A DNA stretch of 64,000 nucleotides from contig CAYPJE010000010.1 in NCBI GenBank assembly GCA_964410945.1, positions 15,128-79,127 on the forward strand, given 5' to 3'. The notes under the pieces were generated by a model that saw nothing but the letters and a program-made list of their open reading frames with translations, was not told the origin of the DNA and ran no database searches. This document shows positions 34,601 to 40,246 of the stretch, piece after piece. Position numbers and translations under genes: made by a program. Origin of the DNA: an uncultured bacterium. Lineage in GTDB: Bacteria > Fidelibacterota > Marinisomatia > Marinisomatales > TCS56. The stretch's first letter is position 1; every line of letters starts with the position of its first letter.

Positions 34601-36612
34601 TCTGGCTGGAGGATAAGGCCGGCAACAGTGATTCCGATAATGCGGTGGAACTCACGGCCAAATGGGATAATGTGGCCCCGGATAATTTTGATTTTACCTA
34701 CGTAATTGACGACAATTGGTTGAATATCGATGACCCGGTATTCACCTGGAATCATTCTTCCGATGCTACTGCCGGTCTGCGCGAGTATCGCATTGAACTT
34801 GATCAATCATCGTACACAGTGGAGCATATGTATGATACTCTGGCCGCTCCGGTGCAGTTGAGTGAAGCGGTACATACTCTGGCGGTATTTGCCGTAGACA
34901 GTGCCGGAAATGATACTATTATGAACGGTGGGGCAATCAGCTTCGATGTTGATTACACCAATCCGACCATTGCCCACAATATTCCCGAAGGTACCGTCAA
35001 TTCGGCCATTCTGATTACGGCTACGATTGCCGATGCCCGCTCCGGTGTCGATCGCCAGACCCTCTATTACCGCCAAGGCGGCCAGGGGGATACAGACTGG
35101 CAGTCCCGCGACCTGACGCTTCAAAATCAGATACCCAGTACTTCCGTGACCAGCGCTGGTGTGGAATACTATATTGAAGCCGAGGATGTGGCTGGCAATA
35201 TCTTTGCCGAGCCGGAAACGGGTTTCCATTCAATTGAGGTCAGCATTACCGGTGCCGGATTCCAGAGTTCGACGCGCTGGCCCCTTGGCATTCCCAATGG
35301 CGGATCGGTGTCGGACTATCAGTTGATATCCTTCCCGGGGATTGCCGCCGACAATACACCCACCGATGTCCTGGTGGATGACTTCGGGACCTATGACGAC
35401 ACTAAATGGCGATTCTTTACCTTCGATGGTACGGCCTGGCAGGAGTTTGCCAACATCACAGAGATCGAAGATGGCGTTGGTTATTTCCTGATTACCAAAG
35501 ACGCCGATAAGACAATCACCACCGGACAAACCCGGACCGTTGTGACCAATGAATCCTACGAAATTGCCATACCAAGTGGACAATGGATAGTAATCGGTAA
35601 TCCTTTTGGGTTTGATATTCCGTTATCCAATATCTACGATCAGGATGACATATCGGTCTCCGGAAACGGGAATTTCAAGACTTGGGATGATGGTGCCTGG
35701 ATCGATGCAACCAACTTCGAACCCTGGCGCGGGTATATTTATAAATCGACTAATGGCGGTCATCTCTATATCAATCCGCGCAATACCAATGGTGGTACTG
35801 CCAAGATATTGGCCGATGGTATTGGTTACCTGGAAGATAATGAATGGCTGTTGGATATTGAAGTTACCAACGGCTTCACCAGCGACCGGAGCAACCAGGT
35901 TGGTATGCTGAATCAGGCAGCTGATGGTTATGATGACCGGCTGGATTATTTTGAACCGCCCGTTTTACCAGGTGGTGTTTCTCTGCGGATCGATAACCGG
36001 GATTGGGAAGAAGGCGGAGACTTCTACACCAGTGATATCCGGTCCATTAATGAAGACGGACATTTCTGGGATATGGAAATTGAAGCCGGTAACCATCTCC
36101 GCGATGTGGATGTTGATTTCTTAGGCCTGGAAGATGTTCCGGATGAGTTTGACATCTTCCTGGTCGATCTGTCGCTCAATACGGCCCAGAATCTCCGTGG
36201 ACGTTCTTCCTATACCTACGCAGCGGGACGCACTTCAACCGTGCGAAACCTGCGGTTGCTGGTTGGCACCAAGGAGTATGTGTCTGAAAACAGCCCGGTA
36301 GCTCTCTATCCGGAGGATTACAGCCTGAGCCAGAACTTCCCGAATCCGTTTAATCCGCGGACGACAATCCTGATCTCGATTGAGGAAGAGGCTTTTGTCG
36401 ATCTGGTTATTTATAACCTGCTGGGTGAAGAAGTGTATCGACTGGCCCGGAATGAATACCTGCCATCCGGTTATTATAATTATATCTGGAATGGCCGGAA
36501 CAGCTTTGGCAAGCGAGCCGCCAGCGGTATTTATTTCTACACCAGCCGGATCACATCGCCGGATGGTAAATTGCTGTTGAACAAAACCAGAAAGATGGTT
36601 CTGGTTAAATAA
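19675..36612 (+). CDS. Giant 5645-aa modular secreted/surface protein (delta-60 propeller, FN3, DOMON/CBM9-like, six beta-helices, Big Ig, FlgD-Ig/T9SS-type CTD)
   Basis: Single 16.9-kb ORF; QxDGKIVVAG repeats; GLTNGTxYYY FN3 motifs; W(Y/F/L)V..PF.TIQ and PDMGAYE motifs; DxFxN Ig motifs; QNFPNPFNP..ASGIYFY..KMVLVK. Confidence 0.92.
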   Translation: MLKNNYSSECPMKTLSANTKPNSPQLYLLLLFMLCMSVVWGQLPNEIIDKTFDSDGLVTTNITSGFDDVGYASVIQTDGKIVVAGKSNSGSGNKFAVARYNENGSLDNTFGTSGYVTTSVSSVGDEAWAVALQSDGKIVVAGYSVYATWCEYGVVRYNSDGSLDTSFDSDGIVTTSVNVGTGWGYIYAIAIQEDGKIIIAGSSPAANNQEDITLVRYNTNGSLDTTGFTPDGIVTASITGGEVAQGIAVQEDGKIVVGGYSSTDKEFLVLRFNSDGSPDTGFGSNGIFETSFGYGLVYANSLDLQEDEKIILVGSVYNGTDMDCATMRFTTAGALDNTFDSDGLATVNFNNGSDYGEGVAVQGDGKIVVASSANNGSAYKFGIVRYLTDGSLDQGFGDYGKKMISFGTYSYEDWPHDVSLQDDGKIVVVGHSTNGTDDDFSLVRLSGATQILPNNNNQYTDNISGIPLSTYDADMRHQSLYSASELSDVGIPANSTITAVEIIPSAVPSITLNNFRVGTGFTANTSFSDWESPAISFGPTSLAPSEFTSMEWYQIDVDDITWNGTDNLVLEISHDNSDNDYSSNGGVYLRETGINNRAIHTATDYGVYPFDGNGYSTDQNVVALRLLYEVAAVLPASNMVLTAGDAEIDLSWTASGDGDLSEYIVFRGTTSNNLVRIDSVNSGTTSYTDDGLVNGTTYYYGVKAKNSDAELSEFTNIENTMPEYSGPVNITVANSDTRAALNWEAPGGTIAAYFIYRGTSADPTAELDSLGSGTTYYFDEGLTNGTAYFYRLKAKFSDGSFSSYSENYVVTPNEYAMNVDGNITDWANIRQIHNDPVGDVGSADIDSLKLNADGFYLYGALVTASDLGNDLVSIYFDTDFNATTSEQESDLGADYKLTISPWGTNEFLFRNQFNNWESDPDADFNIISANGNQFHEFSIHLDNLDGPDSLRFYLSSNSNDKAPDAGNRAYILDPNDAPRNFFVGTGDTKANLNWKADNSSGYSKYYVYRGTSTDPTTAIATITGGNPLTSHYMDSGLTNGTTYYYRIRGQYADNSYSDYTESIAITPGMYVVNVDGNINDWSSIRQLYNDTNNDVGSADIDSVKLYADDETLYGTVVTTSSLDWDEVQLFIDSDFNAGTGESNNNLGADYQLKLSPNSSDIFRNYNGSWQDNWDSDFTVVHANNNQFHEFKISLDYIGDPDSLRLYYRSNSDDKAPEDDYYLVVNTAQVALDPPGGLTALADSAQVTLRWNALAPANLHKYYVYRDMASPAVTLVDSLVAASPPDTFLVDDGLTNDQTYFYAVSAVDSTGRESEKSAEIMSTPNRYHQQVVELLHTNTSYSPTEDSGYPFNTVYSDVKHQSLYLAQDFTEAGIPNGAWLSSIDIKPSAVNYEIQDFRLALGATNNTTINTFTDLEDSVVHGPLTYNQSEFTDNTWKRFSIDPYYWNGTSNLILEASVDRDNWGGNGGVHIRQVDGTRGYRGGSDGASYPFGNMGWTAPEDRVLALQVVYSTVEPVGNFQAVASHQSLDLSWNAPANGSVQQYIVYSGASVSSMDIVGTTSATSYTVDNLTNGNTYYVGVQVLSTGDEYSGIVSDQAMPEWIGPRWYVNQAYGGPLYEGSPDAPYTQIQDAIDVAPAGDTVYVLPGRYNSSDDQYLRFVADDGFSAKNLVLMSRGGPDSTVIDGEYNGTSGKRLFDFNTSTDSTSQVIGFKIVNGGSSEYAGAAVQITGNSQVVFKNCVIDSSSSVSGPAIFLENNSKAWFRDCVMRNNERTHNEHVGGGVFALHDNDGGDGCYLYLDRCQLVNNAITSTGQGAQGGAVYVGNSTNNSNYLEAVNTVFAGNSANSNWNDASGSAIYSTNGNLSLINCTVTDNSGDNSAIGIEGGDLTVFNTIIWGNTPDMNQLEIWGPVSDAVSYSIIENGDPDSYEGGVLNADPEFADYSLHDRSPAIGAGRTTGYDANIQVINAPVIDIEGTVRPNPGGSNPDMGAYENALAITPYPSPPNNLASEPQHQAVGLTWSPSDSMDVVKYYVYQSTDSASWTAVDTAVGYDPAGTVISGLTNNQAYWFAVTSVDGDDYESSRAYTQQVMPEYQGPVWYVNVYSTGPVFEGSPDAPFDNIQDAIDASNSGTDTVMVLPIYEDVTYERSGNWELDPGGRNIVITSSEGADSTVLLTDNNHRHFWIHNNESNSLIINGFTFKNSANDYDSPGIEMGGSVYIDGASPVFTNCVFGFNTALRGGAVYIGWYGAPQFHSCKFLYNHAYNTNQGYEGGSAGGGAVFLSNIDNLSGPVVIFNRCLFNGNTAEGYSQAAGGAVNLNARASFINNLIVNNKTRSGITGSWADSYGGGLYIRVDIDNNNAGEVKIINTTIANDSCFAPNGGNTHGGGIYMDGWPTQIVTMFNSILWGNHSDDDYSRNIEDGGGSITANYNLVENGAQFSWFNSAWPQGNLSEDPVFTDPGNGDYTLDDHSGAIGAGVWNYDGSDAPTVDITQATRVNVNPDLGPYENPLEESPYPRVVTNFYAEGQSYGAYLDWDANPSEDDLAYYAIYQGTQPGFSVVPGDSAGRVDYHSSQDGNTVQFTIEDGLLNGVDYYFVVIAVNNSGYRSLVSAEVMAMPEYMETVWFVDVNNDSTVFDGSPESPFPYLLVAFDKGQNGDTIMVAPGEYSGSNNRGINLWDYWNDKSTRELTLLGEKGPDSTVFVLSGVGGNNYFMDIRNLTGDPTIHLEGLTIRDAVNYDGGAVSLRDGSLTITDCVFDNNATKTITASGGGALWLWQNANVDIDRSLFKNNSTSGRGGAINLDNMDFNLTISNSIFYQNDADDGGGAIFISQNNAYTQIVHCTFTENHSNNPGWAGAVHSAGPPHASVINSVFWDNTSGTDPGDLTGSFNTVDHNVLENSAGWPGENYTFDPMLADAAGGDFSLSEFSPAIGMGLTEYYDYFTGNVNQPVPDYDYLGEVRPDPGATSPDLGAIEHWRSENRKWVWLVQADGTDEGMGPFKTIQYAIDQSAPFDTVQVAAGTYSGTGNVNLNFWDTFMTDNKPVMIRTASGPEVTVIELTEGERLFDLDGVMLDTVIVSGLTIRGGNLSAGDGGAIRLVNSALNFANLRLTGNNASGMGGAIHTSNSYASFTNCEIFGNSAANGGAAFLTGGMVGFDHCTFYGNRAGDDLGIVADGGELTVRNSVLWNNTISEQEIVGTSTGEVITVEYCDVMGGFEDGTNIINFRPGFTDALNGDFTIEPWSFILGAADTAEVDVYDIAGNLRPDTTGADLGARESEQSWANPPDYTIPVFWYVSSTGSDDYTGDGTPFATIQRAADYALYTDTVYVGSGTYTENIIVDGKPLHLMAETDAGQTIIDGDGNGCVIDITSGGFDSFYLDGFTIRNGVAESGGGVSLFNTSAKINNCVFTANSATDYSGGGLWAYKNDSSQVYTLDIVNSDFSGNTAANKGAGLRITDLQTTMTNCTISGNSASYNTGIHVSGYLATLTMEDCRVLDNQAATYGAGGGISNGSASLTRVLFAGNIANTSDAGWNSGGLSIWGGADVEINNSTFTDNSADFGSGLAVGAGASATINHSIFWGNTPDQLALDVWEGNGGTIDISWSLAEGGQPAVTGTGDALNTLNWDGTNRTDDPAFGMDYTLLAGSPAINGGNPDSIDSDGTRRDMGFKPYLTTHSGPVWYVDAASGSDVDGQGSEMAPFASVQAGVNFAPAHDTVSVAAGIHIGQVKFYDTEIVLTGVGDETILDGAAAGPVVHITDGFTTSTVVNDLVVTGAPADQPAVKIDDSDPELNNIWVRDNAGDGIYVTDGSPTLNYCLITDNAGDGLEIDASSAINTVAMVNNTISGNDGTALNNGSASAGITLRNSIVYGNGTASNGSINATYSDIAGIAGTGNLDDVDPLFVDPASVDYSLQINSPCIDAGDPTDSDDPDGTPRDMGALFYYRSFAGGTTANTGTTVTVSTDTTVVVNDDWVVQENDTLVIDPGATVFLEDSVSIRIDGALVANGNPGEPIQFRTINEGDYFNGIILMGGPATRADDPVYSYMLITDVNPDSIPLTVNGNAILEHVTIAGNGNATSLTTDGTVNLRYSILEGGTTGVIVNDSSFVDITEADHFVDFAGGDYALLPTSSAIDVGIDEAPGVIDPDFTYSDAGAYYHDQSAYPVFNTEVVYPAFGETVDVSPDTSSDVGAGLAVATRFYNMYGNAKTNANADWSSTLGSFALGSTDTTDLDGVSLNTFYTSTMVDDQNTFTVSVAGVDGTSGTFNVVPGAPDTVLLAGTVISDTNMVQLDELVLAVDVKDQFDNLVSDGEAVNWTIDPIVGDGTGFVLGSATTTTTGGLATVTVTTDPNTTLAVGDRIRVQAESNGATVYHYDITIVPDDIYNLTMPGSLTDAVIDLSADIHSIEIAATMIDTFDNPLENVAVNWAIVDANNVAGSLTAISTLTDASGVASVTLTTGTVTDYEYKVLGLVQEEALLAAISGNNKEAALQANGVIRTTDKNGNVIVTDTQIPVMVNPITVANWSRVAIFDLNDTTNVIRVVPGIPDAITHALATDTVMTQREMLEISVEVFDQFGNLVEDGSLVSWELDTLIGAGDGFTFSSATSMTSGGVATVVLSTAPASGLEVGQEYKVIATCEGIENRSGLITVVVDDPYSLALEDYERTIEADFPNIPLHITLLDTFDNFLDGIPIYWSIIEGTGGVFANGKDMDTTYTGTEATGWASDTLHLSNLAGSAYKVRVWTDNVGGYSPASIIDNRDLSLEYVPAEFADGREVLAPDAGMPALNLALSSVFDLDDTTDVITVLPGAPNLITSADPDTVYVVQGQVDTITVDVFDAFGNDVSDGSAVAWNPTANSDFAVLSQDNSVNTGQAQLIVSVGNEAAWLSTIDFSIEVQSVFDANSAQKLIVYVVEDVIPPAPVTAAAISPAVWTPVNDFDLSWTNPAEHSGVAGVYYQIDDNAAAYVAGDDIAELVDVAINVNGKSTLKVWLEDKAGNSDSDNAVELTAKWDNVAPDNFDFTYVIDDNWLNIDDPVFTWNHSSDATAGLREYRIELDQSSYTVEHMYDTLAAPVQLSEAVHTLAVFAVDSAGNDTIMNGGAISFDVDYTNPTIAHNIPEGTVNSAILITATIADARSGVDRQTLYYRQGGQGDTDWQSRDLTLQNQIPSTSVTSAGVEYYIEAEDVAGNIFAEPETGFHSIEVSITGAGFQSSTRWPLGIPNGGSVSDYQLISFPGIAADNTPTDVLVDDFGTYDDTKWRFFTFDGTAWQEFANITEIEDGVGYFLITKDADKTITTGQTRTVVTNESYEIAIPSGQWIVIGNPFGFDIPLSNIYDQDDISVSGNGNFKTWDDGAWIDATNFEPWRGYIYKSTNGGHLYINPRNTNGGTAKILADGIGYLEDNEWLLDIEVTNGFTSDRSNQVGMLNQAADGYDDRLDYFEPPVLPGGVSLRIDNRDWEEGGDFYTSDIRSINEDGHFWDMEIEAGNHLRDVDVDFLGLEDVPDEFDIFLVDLSLNTAQNLRGRSSYTYAAGRTSTVRNLRLLVGTKEYVSENSPVALYPEDYSLSQNFPNPFNPRTTILISIEEEAFVDLVIYNLLGEEVYRLARNEYLPSGYYNYIWNGRNSFGKRAASGIYFYTSRITSPDGKLLLNKTRKMVLVK

Positions 36613-36619
36613 TGTTAAC

Positions 36620-36644
36620 GGGCAGGGCTGATTCAGCCCTGCCC
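36620..36644 (+). terminator. Strong stem-loop after the giant gene, without a U-tract
   Basis: GGGCAGGGCTG-ATT-CAGCCCTGCCC, perfect 11-bp stem. Confidence 0.55.
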
Positions 36645-36678
36645 CTATCTCAAACGGGATAACTGAAACTTCAGGGGA

Positions 36679-37434
36679 TTGGTTATGCGGATATTTAAAA
36701 ATTCCTTATTGATAATCATTATTGCGCTGGGCCTTCAATTGGCGTTTGGTGCCGATTTCGGAAAAATCACCCTGCCGCTGGGTAAGGTTGAGGTTCTGGC
36801 CGCTGGTGCAGAGGAATGGGTGAGGGCGATGCCCAACCGTCCGGTGAAGGTGAACGACCAGATCAAGACCGGCCCCAAATCGCGCTGTGAAATTTCCCTG
36901 ACCGGCGGAGGTAAAATCAGGATTGGTGAAAATTCCGAGTTGGTATTGACCGAGGCCAATATCAAGCCGATGGAAAAGGAATTCAATGCGACCCTGAAAA
37001 GTGGTAATGCCTGGATTTCAGCCAAGGCGGCTTTTGGTGAAAAGAAAAATGTTTCGGTTCGTACGCCAACGGCGGTCGCGGCTATCCGTGGTACGGTCTA
37101 CCGCACCGAGGCCGGGGAAGAGGAAAGTTCGGTTCTGGTTTATGAAGGTAAGGTGGATGTCAATCAACCCCAGAATGTAGAGGCTGAACAGAAAGAAGAA
37201 CCAGCACCGGGCATGAAACCGACCTTTAAACTTGGTCCGGTGGAGGAAGTTCAAGCCCCTACAGAAGTAGCTGGCCCCTATGAAGTCAGCCTGGAGGATT
37301 GGATAACCCTGGTGGAGGGGATTCAGATCAACGTCCGCAAGGATGGAAAATACAATATGTTTGAATTTGACCAGGCTGCTGACGCTGACCTTGATTTTGT
37401 TAAGTGGAATAAGGAACTGGACGCCGAGAATTAG
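36679..37434 (+). CDS. Periplasmic FecR-domain protein
   Basis: Signal peptide; DQIKTGPKSRCEI, IRIGENSEL, VRTPTAVAAIRGT, VLVYEGKVDV. Confidence 0.88.
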   Translation: MVMRIFKNSLLIIIIALGLQLAFGADFGKITLPLGKVEVLAAGAEEWVRAMPNRPVKVNDQIKTGPKSRCEISLTGGGKIRIGENSELVLTEANIKPMEKEFNATLKSGNAWISAKAAFGEKKNVSVRTPTAVAAIRGTVYRTEAGEEESSVLVYEGKVDVNQPQNVEAEQKEEPAPGMKPTFKLGPVEEVQAPTEVAGPYEVSLEDWITLVEGIQINVRKDGKYNMFEFDQAADADLDFVKWNKELDAEN

Positions 37435-37436
37435 GA

Positions 37437-39740
37437 ATGCTACCGATGCCGGAATGGATCAAGCGTAGCGGAATAGGTGCCCTGGTTGGCCTGATAATTG
37501 GCCTCCTGGTGGCAGTTGGCACGACAGTCGATGGTTTTTTCCTGACCGCCTTGTTGGATGGTTATGAATTCCGTTCCTATGATTCGCGGATGAAAGCGCG
37601 AGTTTCGGATAGCGAGGAAGCATCGATCGATGATATTGTAATTGCCGATATCGACCTGAGTTCGGTTGAAGGATTAGGTAATTACAAGGACTGGCCCCAT
37701 GCCTACCACGGGCAATTGATCGATGTAATCACTTCCGGTAATCCGAAAGCAATCCTGTTTGATATAATCTTTGATCAGGAAGACTCATTTGATTTTCAGT
37801 TGGTTAATGCCCTGATTGCGGAAAACCCGCCCCGGGATCAATCCCTGGCAGAGGTCAGTGAGCAATTTCTGATATCCCATGATCCCGATCGCTTTATCGC
37901 TTCCACTGCTGCCAGCGAGAAGGTTTATCACGCTCTGGTTTTTGAGGCTGCCGACACCAATACGTTTCTATATCCAATGGATAATGAGCCGGAAAATTAT
38001 TACTATGACCGGCATATAATTAAACTGCCATATGACCAGGCTCGTCGTTTGCCAACTGCCCAGCGAATCGGCAATACTCACATGGACCTTCTTTCGGCCG
38101 CCCGCGGTGCCGGTAGTGCCAATTTTCCCCAGGACGAGGATGGAATTATTCGCCGGGCGCCCACCGCCATCTATTTTGAAGGCCCGGGTCATACCTATCC
38201 TTCACTGGTAATGTCAGCTGTCATGGATATCCTGGATATTCCGCCCAATGGCTTTGATTATGATTTTGACCGCCTGATTTTAACCCTGACGAATCGCGCC
38301 GGTACAGTTGTGCGTGAGATTCCAATCGATGATCAGGGACGCCTGTTCGTCAATTATCATGGCTATTTCAAAACCTTCTACTATTTACCCTATCTTTACT
38401 GTTTCGATCCTGAAATGCTGCCGCCGGAATACTGGGAAGGAAAGGTAGCCCTGGTTGGGTCATCGCTGCCAGGCCTGATGGATTTACGGAATACACCGGT
38501 CCAGGAAACCTTCGCCGGTGTTGAAATACACGCCAATGTGATGCAGGGAATCCTTAAAAATGAATTTGTCCGCTTGACAGACAAGACCAGTAATTTCTGG
38601 ATAATTCTGCTCGGTAGTGTCTTAGTGGGTATTCTGGTCTCAATTATTATCGCCCGCCCACTGATATCACTGGTTATTCCGGTTATGGCGGTAATATTGT
38701 GGGTGGTCTTTACCTACAGCCAGTTTTTCACACATCTGTTGATGTGGGAAACGGTACGGCCTATCCTGGGAATATTCAGCACTTATCTGGGTGTTTTCCT
38801 GTACAATTTTCTGGTAGCTGAAAAGGACAAGCGGTTTTTGAAGTCGACCTTCGGGACCTATATCTCTTCCGAGCTGATTGATCGGATGTATGAAACCAAA
38901 CAGGAACCGATGCTGGGTGGCGAAGAGGGTTATCATTCGGCCTTTTTCTCCGATATTCAGAGTTTTTCCACTTTCTCAGAAGCGCTGACTCCGGAAAAAA
39001 TGGTGAGCCTGATGAATGAATATTTGACGGTAATGACTGAAGTTTTATTGGCTAATCGTGGTACGTTGGATAAATACATCGGCGATGCGATTGTGGCTTT
39101 CTACGGGGCGCCGATGCCAGTCGAGAATCATGAATACATGGTATGTAAGACGGCCCTGGAGATGGACGTCAGGTTGGATCAGTTGCGTGAGAAATGGCGT
39201 TCTGAGGAAGGCTGGCCGGAAATTGTGCACAATATGCAGCATCGGGTGGGATTGAACAGCGGTCCTATGGTAACCGGTAATATGGGTTCCACCATGCGGA
39301 TGAATTATACCATGATGGGTGATACCGTCAACCTGGCAGCCCGGCTGGAGGCATCGGCCAAGCAGTACGGTGTTTATATTCAGGTTGCGGAATCAACGTA
39401 CACTGCCGTTAAAGACCAATTCATCTGGCGTGAATTGGATTATGTTAAGGTGATGGGAAAAACCGAACCGGTCAAGGTTTACGAGCTGTTGGGTGAGGTC
39501 GGGAATGTCGATCCGCAGGTGGAAAAAATCCTCCAGGCCTATCACGAAGCATTGGAGCTGTATAAGAATCAGAACTGGGCTGAGGCGATCGAGGCTTTCA
39601 GGGCTTCCGATGATCTTGAGGATATGTTCCCGGGTAGAAAAACCAATCCCAGCCGTATTTATTTACCCCGGTGTGAACATTGGCAAGCCAATTCACCCGG
39701 AGACGACTGGGATGGTGTCTGGGTTTTAACCAGTAAGTAG
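37437..39740 (+). CDS. CHASE2-domain class III adenylate/guanylate cyclase
   Basis: CHASE2 (DIVIADID, ILFDIIF, DEDGIIRR, GVEIHAN); 3 TM; FFSDIQSFS, DKYIGDA, NYTMMGDTVNLAARLE; WDGVW tail. Confidence 0.95.
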   Translation: MLPMPEWIKRSGIGALVGLIIGLLVAVGTTVDGFFLTALLDGYEFRSYDSRMKARVSDSEEASIDDIVIADIDLSSVEGLGNYKDWPHAYHGQLIDVITSGNPKAILFDIIFDQEDSFDFQLVNALIAENPPRDQSLAEVSEQFLISHDPDRFIASTAASEKVYHALVFEAADTNTFLYPMDNEPENYYYDRHIIKLPYDQARRLPTAQRIGNTHMDLLSAARGAGSANFPQDEDGIIRRAPTAIYFEGPGHTYPSLVMSAVMDILDIPPNGFDYDFDRLILTLTNRAGTVVREIPIDDQGRLFVNYHGYFKTFYYLPYLYCFDPEMLPPEYWEGKVALVGSSLPGLMDLRNTPVQETFAGVEIHANVMQGILKNEFVRLTDKTSNFWIILLGSVLVGILVSIIIARPLISLVIPVMAVILWVVFTYSQFFTHLLMWETVRPILGIFSTYLGVFLYNFLVAEKDKRFLKSTFGTYISSELIDRMYETKQEPMLGGEEGYHSAFFSDIQSFSTFSEALTPEKMVSLMNEYLTVMTEVLLANRGTLDKYIGDAIVAFYGAPMPVENHEYMVCKTALEMDVRLDQLREKWRSEEGWPEIVHNMQHRVGLNSGPMVTGNMGSTMRMNYTMMGDTVNLAARLEASAKQYGVYIQVAESTYTAVKDQFIWRELDYVKVMGKTEPVKVYELLGEVGNVDPQVEKILQAYHEALELYKNQNWAEAIEAFRASDDLEDMFPGRKTNPSRIYLPRCEHWQANSPGDDWDGVWVLTSK

Positions 39741-39744
39741 TTGA

Positions 39745-40056
39745 CTAGAGATCCAGAAAACCGATACTGTGCTTCCTGATTATCGTATCAAACAAGTCCT
39801 TGATACTGTCAAACCCTAATTCGTCTGCTACAACCTGCAGGGCATCCAGCATTTCCTGATTCAGAAGTTCATCTTCCTTATTCAGTTCATCGATGAAGGC
39901 TTCCAGCTTCAGGCGATTTTTACCGCGCGGTGTGGATTTACCCAACTCCCAGTTAACAACAGTTGGTAAACTGACACCAAGTTCTTCGGCCAGTCCTTTT
40001 TGGGTAAGTCCTAACTCGCGCCGGACTTCTTTTAGTTCATTGCCTATTATCATCAT
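39745..40056 (-). CDS. XRE-family HTH regulator
   Basis: LKEVRRELGLTQKGLAEELGVSLPTVVNWELGKSTP. Confidence 0.9.
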   Translation of the reverse strand: MMIIGNELKEVRRELGLTQKGLAEELGVSLPTVVNWELGKSTPRGKNRLKLEAFIDELNKEDELLNQEMLDALQVVADELGFDSIKDLFDTIIRKHSIGFLDL

Positions 40057-40246
40057 TGCTCCATAGTTAAAAATGATACACTGGAAGATACTATCAGTAG
40101 TGTGGATATTTCAATGTTTATTCATATTGTAAAGTTAATTATTAATTATATCCTGTATTGTACAAACCCACCAATATGGTTTATTATCGGCGCCGGCTTG
40201 TATAATATTCGCTGGTGGGCGAAATTCCGACCCCTGTAAGCGACTC

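Noticed and set aside
20402-36580. Many short ORFs within the giant gene
   Set aside because: Alternate-frame or antisense by-products of a long biased CDS
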